A DNA stretch of 64,000 nucleotides from IMG/VR virus record IMGVR_UViG_3300027286_000002; one strand, given 5' to 3'. A program made the position numbers and the translations under genes. A model generated the notes under the pieces. It did no database searches. It worked only from the letters and a program-made list of their open reading frames with translations, and was not told where the DNA came from. This document shows positions 28,189-37,568 of the stretch, piece after piece. Numbering within the stretch: the stretch's first letter is position 1; the number at the start of each line of letters is the position of its first letter. The DNA is from a virus (Duplodnaviria > Caudoviricetes).

Positions 28189-31100
28189 TTATCCATTTGA
28201 ACGAACATTAAATGTAAATTGAATATACAATAATGGGAATACTGGCTTGTAGAAAGCATTGATCAATAATCCTGTCGCATCTTCAGGATCTTGTACCACT
28301 GCCAAACCTGTATATGATTCAATGATGCCACTCAAAACAAGTCTTTGAAATTCATTATTGACTGCTAATAAAACCTGTGTTTGAATCACAGGTAAATTCT
28401 TAACACCAATAAATCCATCCAAAACACCTCTCATTGTTCTTTGAACTTGATCTGCAATTTGAATGATTGTAGGTGTCTTTGTCAATACAGATGACATATT
28501 GGTTGTTAAACCATGTCTAATCTTAATGGTTGTGCCTGCATTCTCAAGAATAGAAACACCTTTAACTGCTGTTGCATTTGCCTCAACAGGTGTTAGATTT
28601 CTCAATACACCATTAAAGCCATTTACTTGTCTTGATTCCCATGGGGTAGCAACATCAATATTAATAGATGTTGTTGTACCAGCTACTGCACAAGCTAAAT
28701 AGCGACCATCTACAATATAAGTAACAGGATTACCTGTTGCATTTGTGATAGTTAAACTTGCAATATCTGGATAAATAACACGAACACGACTTGAACCTGT
28801 AAGATTTGCCAAACGACCTGCTTCTTTTGGAATAGTACCACTTGCAAAACCTAAAATCGCTGTTCTTTCAGATCTAAATCTTAATGAACTTTGTAAATCA
28901 CAATGCTTGCTAATATGACTTAACAAACTTTCACTTGCAGGGATCAATGGCAAAATTACTGATGGTGTCAAAACTGCTGTAATGCCACCTTCAATAGAAT
29001 CAATCGCTTCAATCATTTGTGTTTCTGTGATTTCAGCACTACCTGCTAATCTCTTAATTTGTTTACAAGCAATTGTACCTGCACCATTCAAGATTGCAAG
29101 ATAAGCACCTAATGACATAGGATTTTGTGTAGATACTTCACCATATTCAGATACAACATCTGCAATGCTATTAAATACCTTTGTTGTATAGTCTACTTTC
29201 TCTTGTGTATAAGAGATATAATAAACTTGACCAATATCAGGTTCACTGCCACCTTTGTCAAAGGTTTCAAGATTAGCTGTATCACCTACTGAAACACCTG
29301 TTGTATTTGATACGATTACAGATACACCATTAACAAAGTTCTTTGGAATATTTGCATTACAAGTGATGTTTTGACTTACATTCCATTTAAAGAAAGCATT
29401 TGCATCTTGGGGATAATCTACACCACCATCTCTTGGCAAAATAGTGAATGTTAATCCTGTTACAGCATCTACATAGGTTTGACCAATATAACCATCTTGA
29501 CCAAGACCACTATTGAAAATAGAAGTATTAGCTGAACCTGATCCATTAGATACACTTGATTTTACATAGAAACCTTGTTTAGCATCTTCACCAACTGCAC
29601 CATCTAAATTTGTAATCTTTAATCCTGTGCCTTTGGTTGTAATCGCATTGCCACCTGTGAAATCTACAATAGATCCTACACCTGTGCTTAAACTTTCAAT
29701 CGCTAGATATTGCTTGTTAGTTGCACTAATATGTACAAAAGCAACAGCCTTTGATTTGAAATAGTCATTTGCAAGAGTTTCACCAAAAAGCAAATCTGTT
29801 AATGTATTTGATTGATGGCTCATTAATGCACTTACAATTTGACTTGCATTTACACTAGATGATGTAGAGGTTTGATTTGCAGTTAAACCTAAAGTTTCAT
29901 TTGCACTACCATTTAAAACTTTAAGATAACTATTTACAAAAGATCCACCACCTACAATACGAATGCCTGCACCTTCTTGAGTAGCTACTACAATAGCATC
30001 TACACCAGCATCAGCAAAAGCATTATTGATTTGATCTACAATAGAATTAGAGATCAAGATCAAACCATCTACAATACTCTCACCTACACAAGTTAAAGTG
30101 CCTGTGCCACTAGATGTAAATTCTACACTTACAATAGTTCCATTCACATCAAGCAATAAAGTATTATTAGCTGGATATGAGTTATTAGTACCATTATAGA
30201 ATTTCACAGCTGGTTGACTGTCTGCTGTCTTTTGTTCTGTCCAACCTGTTAATAACTTTAATGTAGGTTGTTGAACGACTGCACCTTTAAGAGCAGATGC
30301 AAAACTTGCTTTTAATCCTGCCTTTGTTAATAAGCTACCTGCTACTACACGGATACCTAACTCACCACTTGGTAAGAAATATGTATTGCCTTGAAAGAAA
30401 CGATTTCTCAAAATCAATCTTTCTTTTAAAGCACCACCACCTAGTGAAGTAGTAGCAACTTGTGCAACAGGTAAAAGACCAAATTTAGTTTGTGTACCAT
30501 CTGCATCATCTGTATCAATACCTGCAATGATAGCAAAATCATCTTCAGGATCAGCTTGGCTAATAAATTCAAGGTAACCATAGGTATCTTCATCAGCTAG
30601 AATGTGGACTACTGTGCCTGTACCACCTAAGAAAAATCCATTATTGTTAGCAGTAAAGACAGTACCAATATTATTATCTGCACTACCTACCATTGTATAG
30701 TCTGTACCACCTACTGTTAAAATAACATAGGTATCACCATCTACAATATCTTGAGCATCTACAATTTCAAATTTCTTGCCTAATTGATCTAAGCTAAAAA
30801 TCAAACGCCCTTGTGAATTTGCAGTAACAGAAATAATCACACCTTCAGTAACACCATCTACTTCATATTGAAGTAAAGCATCTACTAATGCACTATTGAT
30901 TTGTGTTTCAAGTTCTGTTGCCAAAGCAGTAGCAGTAGAATAAACAGCATCATTTAAAGTGATTGAAATTTCGCCTACTGTTCCATTTACATTACCTACA
31001 AATTGGAAAGATAAAGTATCATGGCTGTTTGCAATAATCTCTACACCACCATTTAAGGTAGTCATGGTTTGGTATTGAGCAGATACAGAATTACAAGCAA

Positions 31101-33237
31101 TATTAATAGCATTTGCAATATCTGTAGCAGTACAATTTGCGACTGTGCCAATGTTCACTACTACATCTTGATTATCCAGCTTTAATTGAATGCTGTCATT
31201 ACCTGCACTAATTGTACCTAAATCTTCCAATCCACTTTCTACTGTATATGGCAACACATCACCTACGATATGTGCAATCGCTCCAAAACGACCTGCACCT
31301 GTTGGTGCTGATAAACTTACACCACCTGTGATAGTTGCTTCATCAATAGCTAAATTGATTTGATCGCTTGTATCTTTAATGGTGAAATATGGACTTGCTC
31401 CACCACTAATATATAAAGCACTTGTAGGATTGCTAGATGCAAATTTAACAGTCACTGTTTCATTAATAGGTGTGCCTGTTGTGATACGAGCATCAGGTAG
31501 TAATTCACTGCCACTTGGGAAAGACAAATCTACACCATTTAAAGATGATCCTTTTGTACCTAAAGTAACATCATATAAAGCACTACCTTGCTTTAAAACT
31601 TGATATTTACCTGATCCACTTGCACCATCTGAAATACAAACAAATTGATATTGATTATTTCCACCAATAGTAGAATCAGTCAAAGTGTTATAATAGAAAG
31701 TAGCAAATACTTCTTTGCCTTCTTCTACTTCTTCAGATAAGACGATTGTGGAATCAACAGGATTAACACGAACGACTACTGAATCAGCTTTCTCAATCGC
31801 ATCGGTAAAATTATATCCTACTTTGACTTGAACTAAATCTGCTCTTGAAGTAGGTGTGCCTGAACCTGTACCATCGACAGGTTGGTATGGCAATTTAAAT
31901 GTGCTTGGTAAAGGTCTAGGTGGTACAACACTTGTGTCAATTACTCTTTCACATTTAACAAGATAAACCTTATCATCTTTTAAAGATGCTGTGATTTGGC
32001 TGTCATTAAATGCTGTTGCACCTGTTGAGGTTTCACCTGCTTCAACAAGAACAGAAGTACCCCAAACAATCTTATCATCTTTAAGAACCCATGAAACACC
32101 TTCGATAAAATTAGAAGATGCACCACCTGATCCATCAGCAACAAGAGAAACAGATTCAACACTAACAACACCTGTGCTTGGAATGTAATCAAATTGATCT
32201 CTAAAGCTATTAAAGTAATAAGTTACTGTTAAAGTAGCATCAGTAGCTGGAGCATCTTTCAAAGTAATGCTACCATTAGTACCATCTACACTTGCAGGTG
32301 AAATTGTACTGCCATTAAGTTTAACTACAACATCAGTAATATCAGTAGTAGTAATACCACCATTAGTACCATCGACAATAGGATAATGACTTGTAAAGAA
32401 AGTCTTGTTTCTTGAAGTAGCTTGATTAACGACAAGACCAAGTTTAGCATTAGCAGATCCACTACCAATAACAATAGAGCCATTAGCATTTAATTGTAAG
32501 TTTTCTTGATTAAAGTTATCTGTGTATGTAGATGCCTCTAAAGAACCATAAGATCCTGAATTAATAATAGCAACTACTCTATTAAGATCATCTTCTCTAT
32601 TGCCTGTTGAAACTGTTGGCAAAGAAATAGAATATTGAACACCATCTACTAAGAAAACAAAAACATTACTTAAAGCATCAAAATCAAAGCTACCATTTGA
32701 GCCAATGATTTCAGCTTGAGTAGTAGTGATTTGAGATGAAATATCTTCATTCTCAATTAAAGTATCTGTTCTCTTAAAAAAATAAGAAACTAAAACAGTA
32801 TCTGTGATAGCTGGTGTAGATGCAAGTTCAACAATACCTTTAGCACCATCTACACTTAAAACAACAGTAACTTGACCATTGACATAAGCAGTGACACTAG
32901 AACTATCAGTAGCGACTACACCACCACCCGTACCATCAACCATAGGAAATTTTTGAACTTGCACTTTAGTTGCAGTTCCATTGAAATTACCTAAAATTGG
33001 TGTACCATCAGGATTAAATCCTAATACTGCACGACCACTCATATTTTCATTTACAATTCGTTGATCTACAGATGAAGAAGATCCACGAATCATTTGAACT
33101 CCAACAGATTGAATAGTTTCTTTACCTGCACCTAGCAATAAAGGTATTTGACCTGTGAAATTGCTAGATGGTAAAGGTGAATCAAAAACTGTTTGAGTAT
33201 ATACACCGGGCGGTGCATAGCCACCTTGAATAGCCAT
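28189..33237 (-). CDS. Contractile tail sheath protein, unusually large (1682 aa)
   Basis: N-terminal YAPPGVYT; C-terminal sheath core (V..YG, RSERTAILG, RVRVIYP, I.IRHGLTT, YKPVFPLLYIQFTF); long central insertion. Confidence 0.85.
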   Translation of the reverse strand: MAIQGGYAPPGVYTQTVFDSPLPSSNFTGQIPLLLGAGKETIQSVGVQMIRGSSSSVDQRIVNENMSGRAVLGFNPDGTPILGNFNGTATKVQVQKFPMVDGTGGGVVATDSSSVTAYVNGQVTVVLSVDGAKGIVELASTPAITDTVLVSYFFKRTDTLIENEDISSQITTTQAEIIGSNGSFDFDALSNVFVFLVDGVQYSISLPTVSTGNREDDLNRVVAIINSGSYGSLEASTYTDNFNQENLQLNANGSIVIGSGSANAKLGLVVNQATSRNKTFFTSHYPIVDGTNGGITTTDITDVVVKLNGSTISPASVDGTNGSITLKDAPATDATLTVTYYFNSFRDQFDYIPSTGVVSVESVSLVADGSGGASSNFIEGVSWVLKDDKIVWGTSVLVEAGETSTGATAFNDSQITASLKDDKVYLVKCERVIDTSVVPPRPLPSTFKLPYQPVDGTGSGTPTSRADLVQVKVGYNFTDAIEKADSVVVRVNPVDSTIVLSEEVEEGKEVFATFYYNTLTDSTIGGNNQYQFVCISDGASGSGKYQVLKQGSALYDVTLGTKGSSLNGVDLSFPSGSELLPDARITTGTPINETVTVKFASSNPTSALYISGGASPYFTIKDTSDQINLAIDEATITGGVSLSAPTGAGRFGAIAHIVGDVLPYTVESGLEDLGTISAGNDSIQLKLDNQDVVVNIGTVANCTATDIANAINIACNSVSAQYQTMTTLNGGVEIIANSHDTLSFQFVGNVNGTVGEISITLNDAVYSTATALATELETQINSALVDALLQYEVDGVTEGVIISVTANSQGRLIFSLDQLGKKFEIVDAQDIVDGDTYVILTVGGTDYTMVGSADNNIGTVFTANNNGFFLGGTGTVVHILADEDTYGYLEFISQADPEDDFAIIAGIDTDDADGTQTKFGLLPVAQVATTSLGGGALKERLILRNRFFQGNTYFLPSGELGIRVVAGSLLTKAGLKASFASALKGAVVQQPTLKLLTGWTEQKTADSQPAVKFYNGTNNSYPANNTLLLDVNGTIVSVEFTSSGTGTLTCVGESIVDGLILISNSIVDQINNAFADAGVDAIVVATQEGAGIRIVGGGSFVNSYLKVLNGSANETLGLTANQTSTSSSVNASQIVSALMSHQSNTLTDLLFGETLANDYFKSKAVAFVHISATNKQYLAIESLSTGVGSIVDFTGGNAITTKGTGLKITNLDGAVGEDAKQGFYVKSSVSNGSGSANTSIFNSGLGQDGYIGQTYVDAVTGLTFTILPRDGGVDYPQDANAFFKWNVSQNITCNANIPKNFVNGVSVIVSNTTGVSVGDTANLETFDKGGSEPDIGQVYYISYTQEKVDYTTKVFNSIADVVSEYGEVSTQNPMSLGAYLAILNGAGTIACKQIKRLAGSAEITETQMIEAIDSIEGGITAVLTPSVILPLIPASESLLSHISKHCDLQSSLRFRSERTAILGFASGTIPKEAGRLANLTGSSRVRVIYPDIASLTITNATGNPVTYIVDGRYLACAVAGTTTSINIDVATPWESRQVNGFNGVLRNLTPVEANATAVKGVSILENAGTTIKIRHGLTTNMSSVLTKTPTIIQIADQVQRTMRGVLDGFIGVKNLPVIQTQVLLAVNNEFQRLVLSGIIESYTGLAVVQDPEDATGLLINAFYKPVFPLLYIQFTFNVRSNG

Positions 33238-33249
33238 AATCTTTTGCTC

Positions 33250-33675
33250 CTATTTTTGTTGGAAATTACATCCAATTTCTTTTCTGACTTGGTTTTTTAT
33301 ATCTCTTTGAGTTTCATGATAATGCTTATCCATTACATATTCATTGTCATATCCAACAACAATATCTAATGGATTGCCTTTTGTTTCTTCAAGTAGCTTT
33401 ACTTTGTCTTTATATCTCATCTTTGCAATTTCCCATTTTCTAATAGAATCTTGCATCAATACTCTTTCAAAGTTCGTATCCAAACTCTCAACACCTGTTG
33501 ATTGTGGTTTTACTTCTTCTACTTGAATTGCATTATATCCAATACTCTTTGTACCTTGTAATGCAGAAAAGGCTTCTTTTCCACAGGATGTACAAGATTG
33601 AGAATTGACATCAGTAGCTACTCTTTTACTAAAAGATAAACCACATGATCTACATTGGAATTTTAAGATAGGCAT
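33250..33675 (-). CDS. FmdB-family zinc-ribbon protein
   Basis: MPILKFQCRSCG..F......CTSCG pattern. Confidence 0.75.
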   Translation of the reverse strand: MPILKFQCRSCGLSFSKRVATDVNSQSCTSCGKEAFSALQGTKSIGYNAIQVEEVKPQSTGVESLDTNFERVLMQDSIRKWEIAKMRYKDKVKLLEETKGNPLDIVVGYDNEYVMDKHYHETQRDIKNQVRKEIGCNFQQK

Positions 33676-33720
33676 TAAGATTACTCCTCTTTGTCTAATA
33701 ACATTGATTTAATAAATAAA

Positions 33721-34830
33721 TTATTTAAGATCTTGGATTTTATATTTCACCAAACCTGTGTAGCCTACTTGATTTTCTGCATCAGGCAATTCCTTTTCTA
33801 AACTTAATGATTTCCCATAAGACATTAATGGTTCTATCAATGGAATGTGCATAAACCAATCCACCTGCAAGGTTGTAGATACACTCGCTGTGTAAAAATA
33901 ATCATCACCATTTTCATCATACACCTCTTCTGATTCACCACCTAAACTCACTTCATTCATATTGATGCCTCTTGTAGCCAGCTGATCTTTTAATACTGCC
34001 CACATCCACACTGTTGTTCTATCAGCCAAATCTGCTTGCGAATGGACATCTCTTGCTATAATTTCTATTTCTACAGAAACATCCCATCTGCCACCATACT
34101 CTTTATAAATATCATCAGGTTCATCTAAAACAACAATCGCTTGCTGATCACCACCTCTTAACCTGCGACCAAAATAAATTAAAACCCCGGGGATAATCTT
34201 ATGATAGACTTGATCAGGTCTTACATATTTTGGCTCAATCACACCTACCTGCAATTCTGTATATGTGATCTCTATATTTAAACCATTTAATAATTCATTA
34301 GCTAATTCTATCACATCACCATTTAAAGTATAGTCTACACCTTCTACATATCGCATATATGATGGTTTCTCAATAATCCTTAAACTATTTTCCACAGGTG
34401 TACCTAACAATTGGATTTCTGTTGGACTAATAAACACAGGTTCTGTTTCTTTTACTCTTTTATATTTAGTGATGTCTATACGATAAGTTTCATATTGATC
34501 TTCTATTTGAGTAATATCTAAAATATAAATACCTTCATCTGCACGGAATTTTGGATTTTCTTTGACCCACTCAATAGATCCATATTGTAGCTTTTTTGTT
34601 TTAGCTAGATAAACATATCCTCTTACTGTTGTTAAGTAATTATCTGCACTCATCACTACATTATTTGCTCCACCTGTCTTAATCACCATGCCAAATTGTG
34701 GTCTTTGGTCAAAGCTATATTTACCTTGTATATTATTTGCCAATTCAGGATATCTAGGATGATCTGACCAATATTTTCTTAGTTCTTCTATCATGAGATT
34801 GCGAACTTCTAATGTTAAGTAATGAAACAT
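33721..34830 (-). CDS. Putative tail terminator/neck protein
   Basis: Upstream of sheath; C-terminal W.V.V.IEIIARD....DLAD resembles tail-terminator folds; inferred. Confidence 0.5.
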   Translation of the reverse strand: MFHYLTLEVRNLMIEELRKYWSDHPRYPELANNIQGKYSFDQRPQFGMVIKTGGANNVVMSADNYLTTVRGYVYLAKTKKLQYGSIEWVKENPKFRADEGIYILDITQIEDQYETYRIDITKYKRVKETEPVFISPTEIQLLGTPVENSLRIIEKPSYMRYVEGVDYTLNGDVIELANELLNGLNIEITYTELQVGVIEPKYVRPDQVYHKIIPGVLIYFGRRLRGGDQQAIVVLDEPDDIYKEYGGRWDVSVEIEIIARDVHSQADLADRTTVWMWAVLKDQLATRGINMNEVSLGGESEEVYDENGDDYFYTASVSTTLQVDWFMHIPLIEPLMSYGKSLSLEKELPDAENQVGYTGLVKYKIQDLK

Positions 34831-34867
34831 TTCTTATTTGCTCCTTTTAAAGATACTTTTAATAACT

Positions 34868-35452
34868 TCATCTATTATCTTGTCTACCATTTTTATTATT
34901 ACTCCTTGTAGTCATTGCTTTAAATCTAGCTTGTTTTCTTTTAGCTTGTAGCATTATCTTTTTACGATCAAGCATTTCTTGACCTGTCATTTTCTCATAA
35001 GCTAGAATAGCAGTAGCTTGCATGACTGCACGATCTATTGCTTTTTCTATCCAAGAGTATTTTACAATCGCTGGATGAATCCATGACTTATCTGTTACTA
35101 ATGGTAGTGTTCTAAATTCTATTTCACCTTGTTTATTTTTTACAGGTATTGCTTGTCTTGGTCTATTTCTATCTGTCTTTAACCATGTCATTGGATATGC
35201 AGGCTTATTTTTTAAATGGTATTTGATATGTTGCCATGTAGAATATAAAACTATATCACCATTCTCTTTTATTGTTGTACCGAATGAGTAAATAAATTCT
35301 TGTGTTTTAGGTACTGCATCAAATATTTGACCTGCTCTTTTTGCCTCTTCCCTTACTTCATTTAAGATCATTTCTGCAATAAATTTTATTTCTTTTTTAG
35401 TCTTGTCTTTTAAAGGCTGTCTAAAGACAAATTGCTTTTTTAATCTATCCAT
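34868..35452 (-). CDS. Putative tail-completion (HK97 gp10-like) protein
   Basis: Basic protein with WIHP..KYSWIEKAI motif, position in neck/tail operon; inferred. Confidence 0.4.
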   Translation of the reverse strand: MDRLKKQFVFRQPLKDKTKKEIKFIAEMILNEVREEAKRAGQIFDAVPKTQEFIYSFGTTIKENGDIVLYSTWQHIKYHLKNKPAYPMTWLKTDRNRPRQAIPVKNKQGEIEFRTLPLVTDKSWIHPAIVKYSWIEKAIDRAVMQATAILAYEKMTGQEMLDRKKIMLQAKRKQARFKAMTTRSNNKNGRQDNR

Positions 35453-35500
35453 TTTCTCAATCCTTTTATATAAGCAATCCGATATAAAAGGATTATGACC

Positions 35501-35653
35501 TTATGGTTCAAAAGACTCTGCATCCCAATATGCTTCATCTTCTGTACCATAACCTTCAAGTTCAATTTCATAGATGATGTGTCCATCTTCTGAAAAGGTT
35601 ACGATTGCTGTCCAAGTGGTTTCATTTTGGTAGGTTTGAATATGCTTTTCCAT
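35501..35653 (-). CDS. Small acidic hypothetical protein (50 aa)
   Basis: Start MEKHIQ after AAAAAGGA SD and degenerate motif at 35689. Confidence 0.5.
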   Translation of the reverse strand: MEKHIQTYQNETTWTAIVTFSEDGHIIYEIELEGYGTEDEAYWDAESFEP

Positions 35654-35688
35654 ATTAAAAAATCCTTTTTGTTGTTGTTGTATATATG

Positions 35689-35720
35689 TAAACCAAAACC
35701 ATATAAATTTATTGCATATT
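35689..35720 (-). promoter_or_regulatory. Degenerate copy of promoter-like motif (copy 5)
   Basis: ATGCAATAA-N13-TGGTTTA with the same spacing, followed by CAACAACAAC leader and SD. Confidence 0.4.
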
Positions 35721-35774
35721 GATAATCTTTTTATATGTTTTTTTATTTTGATTATAAACAAAAGGATAAACATT

Positions 35775-36593
35775 ATGTTTAATTATAAACTATCATTCAT
35801 TCGTTCTCGTCTTGCTAATTTAAAGAAAGCAAATACGATTAGACCATTTTTTATTGATAACTCTTTTGGTAGATCCTATAGAGATGATTCAAGAAGTCTT
35901 TTGCCATCTGTACCTTTAGGTACAACATGGGGTAATCTTTTTTGGACTTTGGAAGATCTACTTGAAGCTAAGAATATTCGTAATGTTGAAGTAGTGGAAT
36001 TTGATCCAACTCAGACAGGTGATTTAAGAAAATTTTCTATCTCAGCTGAATTAGGTTTATATGTTTCACCTACAGAAGAGGGTAGAAGATTAAGAGGTTT
36101 TGAGCGAGTAACATATAACTGTCCACCAAGTAAATGTGTTTGGATTGATGGCAAACCTAAAATTACTGCACACTTAAAAAATTTCTTTTTAAAATACTTT
36201 AAAGAGCTTGTTTTTATGCCTAGAAAAAATTCCTCTCAAATACCTACTTGCACCATTACTAATTATAGAGATGCTACTTTTGAAGTAGTTGAAGATCCTA
36301 ATTTTCATATGGTTGGTGTTGCCATGAAAATTACAATGGACATTGTGGCTGATTTTTCAGGAATTAGAGAATCTTTCACACCTGCATCAGATGATGAAAA
36401 ACAGTTAAATGTTAGAGAATTACAATTGTTAAGCGATAAAGAGTTTGATGCTGTGTTGGAAGATTTTAAAAGAAATCCACCTAAAAATATTTCTAAGAAA
36501 ACTAGAAATTTCTTTATGCTTGTAAGAGAATACAAAAATAGATATCCAAATATTAGAGATGTTGAGTTCTTGGTTAGACCATACCTTTCCTAA
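35775..36593 (+). CDS. Hypothetical protein with RLAN/KKAN leader
   Basis: Start MFNYK after AAAGGA SD. Confidence 0.6.
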   Translation: MFNYKLSFIRSRLANLKKANTIRPFFIDNSFGRSYRDDSRSLLPSVPLGTTWGNLFWTLEDLLEAKNIRNVEVVEFDPTQTGDLRKFSISAELGLYVSPTEEGRRLRGFERVTYNCPPSKCVWIDGKPKITAHLKNFFLKYFKELVFMPRKNSSQIPTCTITNYRDATFEVVEDPNFHMVGVAMKITMDIVADFSGIRESFTPASDDEKQLNVRELQLLSDKEFDAVLEDFKRNPPKNISKKTRNFFMLVREYKNRYPNIRDVEFLVRPYLS

Positions 36594-36600
36594 ACTAAAT

Positions 36601-36921
36601 TTACATTTCTCTTCTGATCCATCTTAAGATGCTTTCCATTTCACTCATCAATAAATCTTCATTTTCTTCATCACTGCGAATATCCCATTTTTCAACTTGT
36701 TGTGTTGTTGTTTCAATATAATCATCTGCATCATCATCCCAATCTTCAACTGTGTTTGTGATTTCCACATAGACAGTTTCTTCATGTCTGTTATATTCTA
36801 CAGAACAGTGACTTTGACTACCATCAACATCAAATGATGTTGAGTTATGTTCTGATAGAGAATACATCATGCCAAGTTGCCATGATAACCATTCCATTGC
36901 TTTAATAAGTTCGCTACTCAT
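36601..36921 (-). CDS. Small acidic hypothetical protein
   Basis: EDWDDDADDY tract; preceded by motif at 36975. Confidence 0.6.
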   Translation of the reverse strand: MSSELIKAMEWLSWQLGMMYSLSEHNSTSFDVDGSQSHCSVEYNRHEETVYVEITNTVEDWDDDADDYIETTTQQVEKWDIRSDEENEDLLMSEMESILRWIRREM

Positions 36922-36974
36922 TTGCTTTTTCCTTTTTTTAAAGTGTTTTGTAATCAATCATTTCTTACATATAT

Positions 36975-37008
36975 ATAACACTTGTCTATTAGCTTTCATT
37001 GCAAGTTC
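36975..37008 (-). promoter_or_regulatory. Conserved promoter-like motif copy 6
   Basis: GAACTTGCAA-N17-GTGTTA-TATATAT. Confidence 0.65.
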
Positions 37009-37071
37009 AATAAGCTATTTATAAAAATGTTTTAATAGAAAAACATTCTTAAACACAAAGGATTATATATC

Positions 37072-37566
37072 ATGTTAAGAAGAAATAAACTTGCATCTCT
37101 TAAAGTTCGCTTGGCTAGTTTAAATACCAAAAAAGCATATTGGGGTGATGATGATGATGATGATGTTGGTGCTTTTTTTATTATGCCACATCTTGAAATG
37201 ATCCATAAACACCTTGAACATTTTGTAGAAAGATATGCTCATGATCGATATCGTTATCATAGAGCATATCCTTCAGGTACATTTGATGTTATTGTATATG
37301 ATGAACACACAGGTGAACACAACAAAGAATTAGTAACAGTAAAATTCCATCTTTCCCAAAAAGAAGAAGATGAAATTTTAATTCAGTACTCTGCTTATAT
37401 TGATGATGGTCAATTCAATTTTGACGATAGTTTAGAAGCTGATGATGTTGTTAGAGAATCAGAAGGTCCCATCCAAATTGCTATTCATGAAAGTATAGAA
37501 CATTTTGTAGAATATACACTTGATCATTGGCTACATCAATTTCATTTGACTGTGCATGAAGATTAA
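37072..37566 (+). CDS. Acidic hypothetical protein with KLAS/RLAS leader
   Basis: MLRRNKLASLKVRLASLNTKKAYWGDDDDDD. Confidence 0.65.
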   Translation: MLRRNKLASLKVRLASLNTKKAYWGDDDDDDVGAFFIMPHLEMIHKHLEHFVERYAHDRYRYHRAYPSGTFDVIVYDEHTGEHNKELVTVKFHLSQKEEDEILIQYSAYIDDGQFNFDDSLEADDVVRESEGPIQIAIHESIEHFVEYTLDHWLHQFHLTVHED

Positions 37567-37568
37567 TC

